From Spirochaetia bacterium (GTDB taxonomy: Bacteria; Spirochaetota; Spirochaetia; UBA9216), in contig OZ223269.1 in assembly GCA_965140585.1 (NCBI GenBank), positions 736,001 through 800,000 on the forward strand: DNA of 64,000 nucleotides, read 5' to 3'. The position numbers were made by a program, and so were the translations under genes. This document shows positions 1-11,297 of this stretch, one piece after another. How positions within the stretch are numbered: the stretch's first letter is position 1; every line of letters begins with the position of its first letter. The notes below the pieces were generated by a model, which ran no database searches, was not told where the DNA came from, and saw nothing but the letters and a program-made list of their open reading frames with translations.

Positions 1-2
1 CC

Positions 3-1232
3 GTATTTTTAAATAACACCCGGAAGTACATTGAAAATCTTAACTACCTCATTGAGGAAGAGCGAATGGCCGTAGTAATACAGGAAGTCGTAGGGCGTAC
101 ATATGACAGCTATTATTACCCGCATGTTTCCGGTGTAGGGCAGTCGTTTAATTACTATCCACTGGGAAATATGAAAAATACTGATGGAGTTGCTTCGATT
201 GCCGTGGGTCTTGGGCAGGCTGTCGTTGACGGTGAGAAGAACTATAGATTCTGTCCGGAATATCCTACTGTTTCGTATCTTTCCGATGAGGAGATTGTAA
301 AGTCTACGCAGACTCATTTCTATGCGATAGATCTGGATAAAAAAGATACTGACATCCTGAAGGGCGAATATGAAACACTCTCCAGGCTGCGCGTGAATGT
401 TGCCGAAAAGCACCGGAATCTTTATCACATGGCATCAGTCTGGGATTCTCAAAACCAGAGGATGGTGGATGGTATCAGTTCGCCCGGGCCCAGAGTAATT
501 AATTTTGCAAATATTCTGAAATACAATGTATTCCCCCTCTCAGATATTGTTAAAGAAGTTCTTGAGATGGCACAGGCTGCACTTGGAGTTCCTGTTGAAA
601 TTGAATTTGCTGTTGATTTAACTAAAACTACTGATGAACTGCCGTCCTTTTATCTGCTTCAGGTTCGTCCTATGACAGTTAATCTTGATGAGGCTTGTAT
701 CGATTTTAAAAGTCTTGATAAGGATGATTTGATTCTCTATACAGAGGAAGGGCTTGGAAACGGGCTCATCGATGATATCAGGGATATAATTTTCATAGCC
801 CCGGAGGATTTTGATAATACAAAGACTATGGAAATGCAGCTGGAAATTGAAATGCTCAACGATAAGATGAAAGAAGCGGGTAGGGAATACATCCTTATTG
901 CTCCCGGACGCTGGGGTTCACGTGACAGATTTCTCGGAATTCCTGTTTTGTGGTCTCAAATAAGCAAAGCCAGGGTAATTGTTGAGGTTGGACTTGAAAA
1001 TTTTGATATTGAACCCTCACAGGGTACTCATTTTTTTCATAATGTCGTTGCAATGAATATTGGCTATTTTAATGTTCCTCATAAGAAGAAAAAAAGGTCA
1101 AATATTGATTGGAATCACATAAAAAGCTTTAAAGGTGCTGTAAAGTATCAATATTTCACGCATATTGTGAATGATACACCATTTAAAGTTATCATGGATG
1201 GTAAAAACTCTATGTCTATCATACAAAAGTAA
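3..1232 (+). CDS. PEP/pyruvate-binding (PPDK_N-like) domain protein of the gdhA-associated family, 5'-truncated by the window edge
   Basis: Frame is open from base 3 (VFLNNTRKYIENLNYLIEEERMAVVIQEVVG). It has PEP-synthase-like motifs MAVVIQ, SGVGQS, VGLGQAVVDG, EIEFAV and LLQVRP, plus the family C-terminal motifs PGRWGS and PSQGTHFFHN. Confidence 0.8.
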   Translation, partial: VFLNNTRKYIENLNYLIEEERMAVVIQEVVGRTYDSYYYPHVSGVGQSFNYYPLGNMKNTDGVASIAVGLGQAVVDGEKNYRFCPEYPTVSYLSDEEIVKSTQTHFYAIDLDKKDTDILKGEYETLSRLRVNVAEKHRNLYHMASVWDSQNQRMVDGISSPGPRVINFANILKYNVFPLSDIVKEVLEMAQAALGVPVEIEFAVDLTKTTDELPSFYLLQVRPMTVNLDEACIDFKSLDKDDLILYTEEGLGNGLIDDIRDIIFIAPEDFDNTKTMEMQLEIEMLNDKMKEAGREYILIAPGRWGSRDRFLGIPVLWSQISKARVIVEVGLENFDIEPSQGTHFFHNVVAMNIGYFNVPHKKKKRSNIDWNHIKSFKGAVKYQYFTHIVNDTPFKVIMDGKNSMSIIQK

Positions 1233-1276
1233 GAGATATAACAGAGATTTATGTGAAAAAAATGAAGTAAAATTTC

Positions 1277-2695
<1,419 letters not shown>

Positions 2696-2735
2696 TCAGG
2701 TTAAAAATTTAATCACTTTTTCCAACTAATATTTT

Positions 2736-2770
2736 GAGCTGTCCGTAGTGTTACTTCGGACAGCTCTTTT
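2736..2770 (+). terminator. Rho-independent terminator after gdhA
   Basis: GAGCTGTCCG...CGGACAGCTC hairpin followed by TTTT, between convergent genes. Confidence 0.8.
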
Positions 2771-2785
2771 AATTTAAAACAATTT

Positions 2786-3985
2786 CTATATTAAAGATCT
2801 TAAAGATGACTTTTTAATAAGATCATGAATTCCTGAAACAGGATTCCTGACCTTGCTTAAAAAGATCATGGCAGCAATTATATAGGGTTTATACCCTGCT
2901 TCTATATAAGTTGTTTTTCTATACCTGTCAAATACAGATGCTGCTACCTCTCCATGTTCACAGCTTACACCGCTTATGTCTGCAGGCAGGCAGTGCATAT
3001 AAACAGCCTTTCCATCTTTTGTCTTTCTCATCAGTTCTTCACTGCATTCCCATGACATATAATCTTTGTTCTGTTCTAGACAGTTTTTCTCTAACTGAAC
3101 CAGACCTTCCCGATCATTTTCACGAAACAGCTTGGTGCGTTTTTCCATTACGCTGAAAGGCGCCCAGCTTTTCGGGTACACAATATCAGCCCCTTCAAAG
3201 GCTTCTTCCATTGAGTTTGTGACATTAAAGCTTCCGCCGCTTTTGGTAGAAAATCCTTTTGCAATTTCAACGGTTTCATCTATTAGGTTATACCCCGGCG
3301 GATAAGCAAGACTCACATCCATTCCAAAACGGCTCATTAACCCGATTACGCCCTGCGGAACAGAAAGAGGTTTTCCGTAGGATGGGGAGTAAGCCCAGGT
3401 CATTGCAACTTTTTTCCCCTTTAGCTGGTCAACACCGCCGAAGGTATTTATTAGGTGAAGTGTATCAGCCATAGCCTGGGTTGGATGGTCAAGATCGCAC
3501 TGAAGGTTAACAAGTGCAGGTTTTGAAGGTATAATACCGTCCTTAAAATCTTCACTTAGAGATTTTGCAACCTCTGTCATGTAGGTATGTCCTTCACCTA
3601 TGAAGATATCGTCTCTTATTCCGATTGCTTCTGTTAGAAAACTAATCATACAAGCGGTCTCTCTGACTGTTTCACCGTGTGCTATCTGAGATTTCTGTTC
3701 ATCAAGATCCTGTACCGTAAGACCCAGAAGGTTTGCAGCGCTGGCAAATGAAAACCTTGTTCGAGTGGAATTATCCCTGAAGATTGAAACAGCAAGACCG
3801 GAATCAAATATTCTTGGAGATATATTGCTTTTACGCAGCAGCCTGAGCAGTTCAGCAGTTTTAAAAACAGCATCAATTTCTTCGAATGTTTTATCCCAGG
3901 TGAGAAGAAAATCTCCTCCAAACATTTTAGACCAGTCAAGGCCGTTAAGTTCAGTCAGTAATTTTTTTATTTCCTTGTTCTCCAT
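2786..3985 (-). CDS. ygeW: knotted carbamoyltransferase YgeW
   Basis: FRDNSTRTRFS, NLQCDLDHPTQ, WAYSPSYGKPLSVPQG and MHCLPAD motifs typical of YgeW. Confidence 0.95.
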   Translation of the reverse strand: MENKEIKKLLTELNGLDWSKMFGGDFLLTWDKTFEEIDAVFKTAELLRLLRKSNISPRIFDSGLAVSIFRDNSTRTRFSFASAANLLGLTVQDLDEQKSQIAHGETVRETACMISFLTEAIGIRDDIFIGEGHTYMTEVAKSLSEDFKDGIIPSKPALVNLQCDLDHPTQAMADTLHLINTFGGVDQLKGKKVAMTWAYSPSYGKPLSVPQGVIGLMSRFGMDVSLAYPPGYNLIDETVEIAKGFSTKSGGSFNVTNSMEEAFEGADIVYPKSWAPFSVMEKRTKLFRENDREGLVQLEKNCLEQNKDYMSWECSEELMRKTKDGKAVYMHCLPADISGVSCEHGEVAASVFDRYRKTTYIEAGYKPYIIAAMIFLSKVRNPVSGIHDLIKKSSLRSLI

Positions 3986-4015
3986 CTTTATCCTCTCTTT
4001 CAGAAAATTCGTCTT

Positions 4016-5377
4016 TTAAAATTTATTAAGAAGTGCTGAAGAAATTTCCCTTGTTTTGAATGAAAGTTCATCTTCATCAAATCCTGTAAGTTCTCCTTTG
4101 CAGACGGTAATCTTTCCGTTAACTATTGTATATTTAGTTGTATGATTATGACCGCAGAAAATAAGTGATGCGAGCGGGTCGGACTCTGAGCCTGCGTATT
4201 CCAGTCCTGAAATATCAAAAACTGCAACATCTGCAGCATAGCCCTGTTTAATATATCCGATAGTATCGTAATTAAGTGTTTTGGCTCCACCTGCAGAAGC
4301 GATACCGAAAGCCTCTTTGACTGTCAAACCGGATGCTCCGTATTTGATTCTCTGCAGCATCAGAGCAGTTCTTATCTCACCCAGCATGTCGCAGCTGTCA
4401 TTTGAAGCTGAACCGTCAACAGCAAGACTGACATTTATTCCACGGTCAATCATCTCTCTGACTCGCGCTATTCCTGAGCCAAGACGCATGTTCGATGAAG
4501 GGCAATGACATATACTGCATCCGGAATCTTTGAGGTAAGAAAGTTCTTCATCATTGAAATGTATTCCATGGGCAAAAGAAACATCATGACCGGTAAAATC
4601 ACAGCTTTTCATCAGCTCCAGTGGCCTTATTCCATGTTTATTGATACAGAAATCATTCTCATCGTGGGTTTCGGCCAGATGAGTATGCAAAAGTACATTC
4701 TTCTCACGAGCAAGTAAGGCTGTTTCTTTCATTAGTTCTGTTGTCACTGAAAAAGGGCTGCATGGGGCCAGTATAATTCTCTGCATTGAATATTTATCAG
4801 CATCATGGAAATCTTTTATTACCCGTTCACTGTCTTTGATTATTTCTGCACCTGTCTGTACCACTGAATCAGGAGGCAGGCCTCCATCCTTTCTGCTGAG
4901 CGACATGGAGCCTCTTGTGGGTGAAAAACGTAATCCCAGCTTTCCAGCTGCTTCAAACTGAAGCCCCATAATATCTCCGCTAAAGCCGGAAGGATAAAGA
5001 TAATGGTGATCTGTTGAACATGTACATCCGGTTTTCATCAATTCAGCAGCAGCGCAAAGTGAGGAATAATATACAGCATCAGAGTCAATATTCTTCCATT
5101 TTTCATAGAGAAAAACCAGCCATTCAAACAGTTCGGCATTCTGAACTTCCGGAAGGTTGCGAGTAAGGACCTGGTAGAAATGATGATGTGTATTCACAAA
5201 CCCTGGAACCGCTATACAGCCGCTGCAGTCTATTATTTCATGAGAAGGATAATGGGAAAAGTCCATGTCAGCTGTACTTATAACGGCCTCAATGGTATTT
5301 CCATTGATAATAAGGTTCACATCAGAATAAAGCTGTGATCCGTTGTATAAAGATTTAAGATTTTTCAGTATCAGCAT
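4016..5377 (-). CDS. 8-oxoguanine deaminase-like amidohydrolase
   Basis: PGFVNTHHHFYQ, APCSPFSV, HTHLAET, HCPSSNMRLGSG, VDGSASND. Confidence 0.85.
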   Translation of the reverse strand: MLILKNLKSLYNGSQLYSDVNLIINGNTIEAVISTADMDFSHYPSHEIIDCSGCIAVPGFVNTHHHFYQVLTRNLPEVQNAELFEWLVFLYEKWKNIDSDAVYYSSLCAAAELMKTGCTCSTDHHYLYPSGFSGDIMGLQFEAAGKLGLRFSPTRGSMSLSRKDGGLPPDSVVQTGAEIIKDSERVIKDFHDADKYSMQRIILAPCSPFSVTTELMKETALLAREKNVLLHTHLAETHDENDFCINKHGIRPLELMKSCDFTGHDVSFAHGIHFNDEELSYLKDSGCSICHCPSSNMRLGSGIARVREMIDRGINVSLAVDGSASNDSCDMLGEIRTALMLQRIKYGASGLTVKEAFGIASAGGAKTLNYDTIGYIKQGYAADVAVFDISGLEYAGSESDPLASLIFCGHNHTTKYTIVNGKITVCKGELTGFDEDELSFKTREISSALLNKF

Positions 5378-6278
5378 TTTTATCTCCGGTGGAAATGATA
5401 ATCTCTTTTATCAGCCGAAGTGCAGTATTAAATCTGTACCTTGCGGTACTGCGCTGATCGTTAATGGGTTTTAAAAGGCTGGAATAAATTTCAACTGCAC
5501 TGTCAATTTTTTTATGGTCTTCTGCAGGATTTATACCAATCAGCAGATCTTCAGCTTCCTCACTTCTTATTATCTGCGGACCGCATGCCCCGACTGCTAT
5601 TCTTATATCTTCCAGAGATCCCTCAACCAGCTTCCATGCTGCTGCAATGTTCAGTTTGGATAATGCATTAGCAGCCCTTGTTCCGATTTTGATAAATCTC
5701 GTCTGTAATTCTGAATCATATGTCATGCTGATGCCGCGAAGAAGTTCACCTGCTTTAAGGTCGGTAGAACCCGGTCCTGTGATAAAATCATCTATCGCAA
5801 TTTTCCTTATTGCTGTCCCGGCTTCACTGTTTTTTGTATTTACTAATGAGATACATTCAATTTCAGTATCAAGTATATATAAAACAGGTAAGGAATCGGC
5901 GGCCGGACTTGCGTTGCATATATTGCCCGCAAGAGTCGCGGTATTTCGGATTCCCGGAGAGGCAATGTGCTTTAATGCTTCTACAAGAGGCGGAGGGGTA
6001 TCACTGTGTTCAATCAGGTCGGACAGAACAACAGAAGCCCCGGCATAAAACAGCGAGCAGTCTTTTTCAATCACATCAAAATCTTTAATTCGTCCGGTAT
6101 AGAAAATTTCAGAAAAATCTTGAATATTATTTTTTGAAGGAAATGAAGAAGACTGATTGAATATGGCATGACGTCTGACCATCAAATCTGTACCGCCTGA
6201 TACAGGCACAAAACCTTTTTCGAGCAGAAGCAGTGCATCTTCTACATTTTTGGGTGAGAGATTCATTATTTCCGCCAT
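5355..6278 (-). CDS. xanthine dehydrogenase family FAD-binding subunit
   Basis: SGGTDL, IRNTATLAGNICNASPAAD, DQRSTARYR. Confidence 0.9.
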   Translation of the reverse strand: MAEIMNLSPKNVEDALLLLEKGFVPVSGGTDLMVRRHAIFNQSSSFPSKNNIQDFSEIFYTGRIKDFDVIEKDCSLFYAGASVVLSDLIEHSDTPPPLVEALKHIASPGIRNTATLAGNICNASPAADSLPVLYILDTEIECISLVNTKNSEAGTAIRKIAIDDFITGPGSTDLKAGELLRGISMTYDSELQTRFIKIGTRAANALSKLNIAAAWKLVEGSLEDIRIAVGACGPQIIRSEEAEDLLIGINPAEDHKKIDSAVEIYSSLLKPINDQRSTARYRFNTALRLIKEIIISTGDKNADTEKS

Positions 6279-6760
6279 ATGTGAGCTCCGTTTTCAGAGG
6301 CCTTTTTTACAGCTTCTATAATCATACTGTATCCAGTGCAGCGGCAGAGATTACCTGAAAGGCCTTCTTTTATTTGTTCACCGTCAGGAACCGGATTTTT
6401 TCTAAGCAGAGCAGCAGTTGCCAGAATAAAACCGGGAGTACAGAATCCGCACTGCACAGCGCCGCATTGAGCATATGCTTCTGAAATTATCCGGAATTCC
6501 TCGGTTTTGCTGAATCCTTCGATAGTTATTATTTCATCGCCATCTACTGCTGCCGCAGGAACGGTGCAGGAATTAACAAGCCTGCCGTTTCTGAAAACAC
6601 TGCAGGCTCCGCATTCTCCCTCACCGCAGCCTTCCTTTACGCCCGTAAGTTGAAAATTATTCCGCAGAATATCAAGCAGCCGATCAGAAGGGCCGGCGGT
6701 TATTTCAATGTCTTTTCCGTTAAGATTAAATTTCAGGTTAATTTTTACCTTGCTGTTCAT
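6266..6760 (-). CDS. xanthine dehydrogenase family 2x[2Fe-2S] subunit
   Basis: GCGEGECGAC, QCGFCTPG, GNLCRCTGY. Confidence 0.93.
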   Translation of the reverse strand: MNSKVKINLKFNLNGKDIEITAGPSDRLLDILRNNFQLTGVKEGCGEGECGACSVFRNGRLVNSCTVPAAAVDGDEIITIEGFSKTEEFRIISEAYAQCGAVQCGFCTPGFILATAALLRKNPVPDGEQIKEGLSGNLCRCTGYSMIIEAVKKASENGAHIWRK

Positions 6761-8895
6761 GACTGTTCCTCGAGCATTTCCGGTGTTACAGGTATGCTGT
6801 ACTGTATTTTTCCCACGGCCTGTGATACAGCTGCTGCTACAGCGGCAGCAGGACCTTCGTTTGGAAGTTCACCTGCAGCCTTGGCCCCAAAGGGGCCGCG
6901 GGGGTATGGGTTATCCATAAAATGGCATTCTGTCTCAGGAAAATCCATTGTCGTCGGGATGGTATAGTCTGTGAAAGAGGCCTGAGCGAATTGCCCTTTA
7001 TGAAGTACCATGTTCTCTATTGTTGAATACCCGAAAGCCTGGGCTGTTCCTCCATGCATCTGGCCCTTCAGTATGTTTATGTCGATCGGTGTTCCTACAT
7101 CATAAACCGCCCAGGAACCCTTTATTTCAATCTGCCTGGTTAAACTGTCAATTTCGACTTCTACAACATTTACTGACCAGCTATACCCCGGATAAGCATC
7201 ACCGCTGAATGTCTTTTCATCCCAAACAAGTTCTGCTGGATGCATATACCGCTTTTCTACGGTAATTTCATCTGAATAATTTCTTACAGAATCTTTGAGT
7301 TTTAATGATAGTTCAGCTGCAGCATCAGCGAGAAGCTTGCCGACAATCATTACCGTGCGGGAAGCTACCGTCGGCCCAGAATCAGGAACCTCAGCAGTAT
7401 CAGGCTGCTGAAAAACAATGTTACAAAGCGGGATATTCATTGTTTCAGCAACGATCTTTCTAAGAGTGGTTGATGCTCCCTGACCCATTTCAACATTTGA
7501 AACCAGCACTGTTATTACGGGTTTCTCAGGGTCGGAATCGGCCGGAGAAGCTTTCAGCCTTACGAGACTTTTTATGATTTCCTGTTCACCGCTTCCGGTA
7601 AAGGCGCCTCCGTGTGCAGCATATGAAATACCTATGCCGCGTATCTTATGGCTTTGCAAATTTTCCGGCTTTGAATAACGTTCATATTTTTCTGTATATC
7701 CGGATACTTTATTAACCTTCTCAAACATCTGTTTAAGAAGTATATCATCGCGGAAAAGCCCTCCGGTAACCGACAGGTCTCCTTTTTTAAGCAAATGATT
7801 TAATTTAAACTCGGATGGATCCTGTTTAAGTGCCTTTGCGACTGCATACATATTCATCTCTGCGGCAAACAAAGCCTGCGGGCCTCCAAACCCTCTGAAC
7901 GCTCCTGAAGGCACATGATTTGTTTTCATGGTTCTGCCGCGGACATTCAGATTCTCTATATTGTAAGCTCCGCTGCAGATAAAAACTGCTCGTTCAAGAA
8001 CTACCCCCGATAGAGTCTGAAATGCCCCGGCGTCAATTTTTGTATCAATATCAAGTGCTGTAATCCGGTTATCTTTATCTACCGCTGTACGGATACGTAT
8101 GACTGAAGGATGGCGTTTTGGAGTGACGGTCATGTCATACCTGCGGTCAAGTACTATTCTAACAGGCGAACCGGATTTTATTGCTGCGGCTGCCGCCTGT
8201 GATGCCAGTATGGAAGGATAATCCTCCTTGCCTCCAAAGGCTCCTCCCGTGACAGACTGGATAATCCGTATCTTCTCGGGGGCAATTTTGAAACTGGCCG
8301 CAAGTGAGTTTTTTACGTAGTAGGGACATTGCAGGGAGCCGTAGATCATCAGGGAGCCGTCATTATAGACTGCAGTCATTGCCTGGGGTTCCATATATGC
8401 CTGTTCCTGAATACCTGTACTGAATTCATTAACAAATATTTTCCATGCCGAACTGAAGCTTTTTTCAGGATCACCTTTTTTGATATGATAGTCATTGAAC
8501 CACTCTACAGCTTCACTGATTCCGGAAATAGCGTCTGTCCGGATATAATCAATTTTAATATCCGAAGCCAGTTGCCTGCATATGTTCCGGTCAGGTCCTG
8601 ATACAACACATAAGGTCTGGCCGTAGAAGGAAATTTCCTTTGCAGCAAAAATCGGCCAGTCCTGTGCAACAATGCTTGCTCTGTTCAGGCCGTCTATATC
8701 ATCTGCTCCAGTTATGAAATAACCTTCAGGCAGTTCGGGGTAATGGATAGATTCAATAGTTCCGCATTGAATGGAGGAGGCTACCGGTATGCCCCAGGTA
8801 AGTCCTTCAAAATCGAGATCCGCGGTGTACTTCGCTTTTCCTGATGCTTTAGAAGCGGCATCTGTTCTGATTACCGGATTACTGATTTTGTGCAT
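6757..8895 (-). CDS. xanthine dehydrogenase family molybdopterin-binding subunit (set 2)
   Basis: GGAFGGK, AFRGFGGPQ, EMGQG, TVASR, GAKAAGE. Confidence 0.92.
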   Translation of the reverse strand: MHKISNPVIRTDAASKASGKAKYTADLDFEGLTWGIPVASSIQCGTIESIHYPELPEGYFITGADDIDGLNRASIVAQDWPIFAAKEISFYGQTLCVVSGPDRNICRQLASDIKIDYIRTDAISGISEAVEWFNDYHIKKGDPEKSFSSAWKIFVNEFSTGIQEQAYMEPQAMTAVYNDGSLMIYGSLQCPYYVKNSLAASFKIAPEKIRIIQSVTGGAFGGKEDYPSILASQAAAAAIKSGSPVRIVLDRRYDMTVTPKRHPSVIRIRTAVDKDNRITALDIDTKIDAGAFQTLSGVVLERAVFICSGAYNIENLNVRGRTMKTNHVPSGAFRGFGGPQALFAAEMNMYAVAKALKQDPSEFKLNHLLKKGDLSVTGGLFRDDILLKQMFEKVNKVSGYTEKYERYSKPENLQSHKIRGIGISYAAHGGAFTGSGEQEIIKSLVRLKASPADSDPEKPVITVLVSNVEMGQGASTTLRKIVAETMNIPLCNIVFQQPDTAEVPDSGPTVASRTVMIVGKLLADAAAELSLKLKDSVRNYSDEITVEKRYMHPAELVWDEKTFSGDAYPGYSWSVNVVEVEIDSLTRQIEIKGSWAVYDVGTPIDINILKGQMHGGTAQAFGYSTIENMVLHKGQFAQASFTDYTIPTTMDFPETECHFMDNPYPRGPFGAKAAGELPNEGPAAAVAAAVSQAVGKIQYSIPVTPEMLEEQS

Positions 8896-8896
8896 A

Positions 8897-10063
8897 TTAA
8901 ACTCCGTCTAATTCAAGCCCTTTCATCGCTCCGTCAATATCTTTTAAGCCGCTGCCTGTTACAAGAAGAACCACAGTGGCCCTGTCAGATATATGTTTTC
9001 TGACAGAAAGAAGTCCGGCGAGTACAGAGGCTGATGATGGCTCTGCAAATAATCCTGTGGATGATGCTAGTTTTTTCTGAGCTTTCAGAATTTCAGCGTC
9101 TGAAACATCTATCCCGACTCCGGAATGCTGTATCAGTTTTTTCATGGCAAGATAACCGTTTCGGGGGATATCAACTGAAATTGAATCAGCAATCGTGGCG
9201 GATGAAACAGGGTCTGAAAAATCTCCGTTTTTTAAAGCTCTGTTTATGGCATTTGAACCCTCGGCCTGAACACTGTGAATAACCGGAATTTTTTCTGAAA
9301 GCCCCAGACGGATTAGATCTTCAAAACCTCTGTACAGTCCGCCAAGAATTACTCCGTCTCCTACCGGAACAAAGATATAGTCAGGAACCTTTCCGAGCTG
9401 AAGAAATATTTCAAGCGCTGCTGTTTTTTTACCTGCGAGTGTGAGGGGATTAAAAGCAGTATTCCTGTTCAGACCTCCGTTTTTCCTCGTGTAAGCGATT
9501 GACTGATCAAAGGCCAGATCATAAGTGCCGTCAACAAGAGTTACTTCTGCTCCATACTGAAGGGACTGAACCATTTTTGCTTTAGGTGCAGATTTAGGTA
9601 TAAAGATTTTTATTTTCTGTCCTGCTGATGCTCCGATTCCGGACATTGAGGATGCCGCATTTCCTGTCGAAGCAACCGTTATTTCATTTATCCTGTATTT
9701 TTTAGCAAATGCCGAAACAAGGTAGGACGCACGATCTTTAAGGCTTCCGGTAGGATTCAGTGTATCGTCTTTGATAAACAGTTCTTCAAGATTAAGTTCT
9801 TTGCGTAGATTTTCCGGTTTCCATAGCGGAGTGCTGCCCACCGGAGCGGGAGGGAAATATTTTTTTTCTACAGGCAGAAGTCTGTGAATGAAACCCTGGC
9901 GGTCCTTTGTATTTGTATCTGTTTTTCCTTCAAAGGTGGTTTCAAGAACTCCTTTAAGCGGTCTGTTTTCAGGCTGCCTTGAAGTGCATGAAGGACATAG
10001 ATATACATCAGGCTTAATGTCATAGGTTTTACCGCAGTCAGTGCATCTGTAATAGAATTTCAA
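8897..10063 (-). CDS. threonine synthase-family PLP enzyme (fold type II)
   Basis: N-terminal CxxC...CxxC, NPTGSLKDR (PLP Lys), STGNAA, PVGDG, TGSGLKD. Embedded in the purine operon and overlapping ygeY. Confidence 0.85.
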   Translation of the reverse strand: MKFYYRCTDCGKTYDIKPDVYLCPSCTSRQPENRPLKGVLETTFEGKTDTNTKDRQGFIHRLLPVEKKYFPPAPVGSTPLWKPENLRKELNLEELFIKDDTLNPTGSLKDRASYLVSAFAKKYRINEITVASTGNAASSMSGIGASAGQKIKIFIPKSAPKAKMVQSLQYGAEVTLVDGTYDLAFDQSIAYTRKNGGLNRNTAFNPLTLAGKKTAALEIFLQLGKVPDYIFVPVGDGVILGGLYRGFEDLIRLGLSEKIPVIHSVQAEGSNAINRALKNGDFSDPVSSATIADSISVDIPRNGYLAMKKLIQHSGVGIDVSDAEILKAQKKLASSTGLFAEPSSASVLAGLLSVRKHISDRATVVLLVTGSGLKDIDGAMKGLELDGV

Positions 10064-11280
10064 TTTTCGTTTCCTTCAAGCTGCGCATCAAGCGAGTAGA
10101 CAAGAGCGGTGTAGAAGGCACTGCACAGCATGAGATCATCAATCCTGTTAACTTCATTCGGTGCGTGAGCCTGATTTTCATCACCGGGCCCGAATCCTAT
10201 TGAAGGAATTCCGTGACGGCCGCAGACTGAAACAGCATTGGTAGAGAAGGTCCACTTATCGACCTTTACATCCCTGTTAAACAGGCTTTTATATGCAGCT
10301 TCGCCTGATGTGACAAGTTTATGATCACGTCCTATCTTCCATGTAGGAAAATAAAGCGGCTGACTGTATTTAGTTCCTTTCCAGCTGATTTTATCGTAGT
10401 AGGGCACTGTAACTGATTCAGCATCAGGCATGATTTTTTTGATTTGCTCTACAGCAAGTTCTTCGGTTTCTCCCCATGTCAGTCTTCGATCAAGGTAGAG
10501 TTTTGCCTGATCGGGTACCGCACATTGAGACGGTCCGTGGGCTTCCATAACAGAAACAACAACTGTTCCCTTTCCGAGAAAATTATCCTCATCAGGTTCC
10601 AGTTCTTCATTGAGTTTTTCTGCTGCTAATGCTCCTTTCGCAGCCTTATATGCAGCACTTACTCCGCGTTCAGGAGCACTTCCGTGACAGGAGATTCCCT
10701 TGAAAATTACTTCCATTTCCATTCGGCCGCGGTGGCCGCGGTACAGATTGCAGGATGAGGGCTCGGTACTTACAAAGTAATCTGGTACAAGCTTTTCTTC
10801 TTCAATAATGAATTTCCAGCACATGCCGTCACAGTCTTCTTCCATGACTGTAAATGTGAAAAACACTGAGAACTTTCCGTCATAGCCTAGTTCTTTCAGC
10901 ATACGGCCGGCTGTAATCATGGATGCGGCGCCGCCTTTCTGATCTGCTGTTCCCCGGCCTTTTACCAGCTCATCTGTTATTTGCCCGGAGAAGGGCGGAG
11001 TTGTCCATTGTTTTTCATCACCGACGGTGACTGTATCAATATGCGCATCGAAGGCAATTTTCATCGGACCGTTTCCTACACGTCCAATCAGATTTCCGAG
11101 TCCGTCAATATAGACATCATCAAAACCGGCATCTGCACATAGCGTCTGAAGTCTTTTGATAACATCCTCCTCCTGACCGCTGAAACTCGGTATCTGAACA
11201 ATCTTCGACAGATTGTCTGCTGTGTAGTCCCTGTATTTTTGGGAAAGGTCTTCTATGAGGCTGTAAATTTCGGATGTCAT
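10060..11280 (-). CDS. ygeY: YgeY family M20 metallo-hydrolase
   Basis: DAHIDTV, GRGTADQKGG, VMEEDCDG, GHRGRME, WTFSTN, AHAPNE. Confidence 0.92.
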   Translation of the reverse strand: MTSEIYSLIEDLSQKYRDYTADNLSKIVQIPSFSGQEEDVIKRLQTLCADAGFDDVYIDGLGNLIGRVGNGPMKIAFDAHIDTVTVGDEKQWTTPPFSGQITDELVKGRGTADQKGGAASMITAGRMLKELGYDGKFSVFFTFTVMEEDCDGMCWKFIIEEEKLVPDYFVSTEPSSCNLYRGHRGRMEMEVIFKGISCHGSAPERGVSAAYKAAKGALAAEKLNEELEPDEDNFLGKGTVVVSVMEAHGPSQCAVPDQAKLYLDRRLTWGETEELAVEQIKKIMPDAESVTVPYYDKISWKGTKYSQPLYFPTWKIGRDHKLVTSGEAAYKSLFNRDVKVDKWTFSTNAVSVCGRHGIPSIGFGPGDENQAHAPNEVNRIDDLMLCSAFYTALVYSLDAQLEGNEN

Positions 11281-11297
11281 TCTAAAAACTCCTGATA

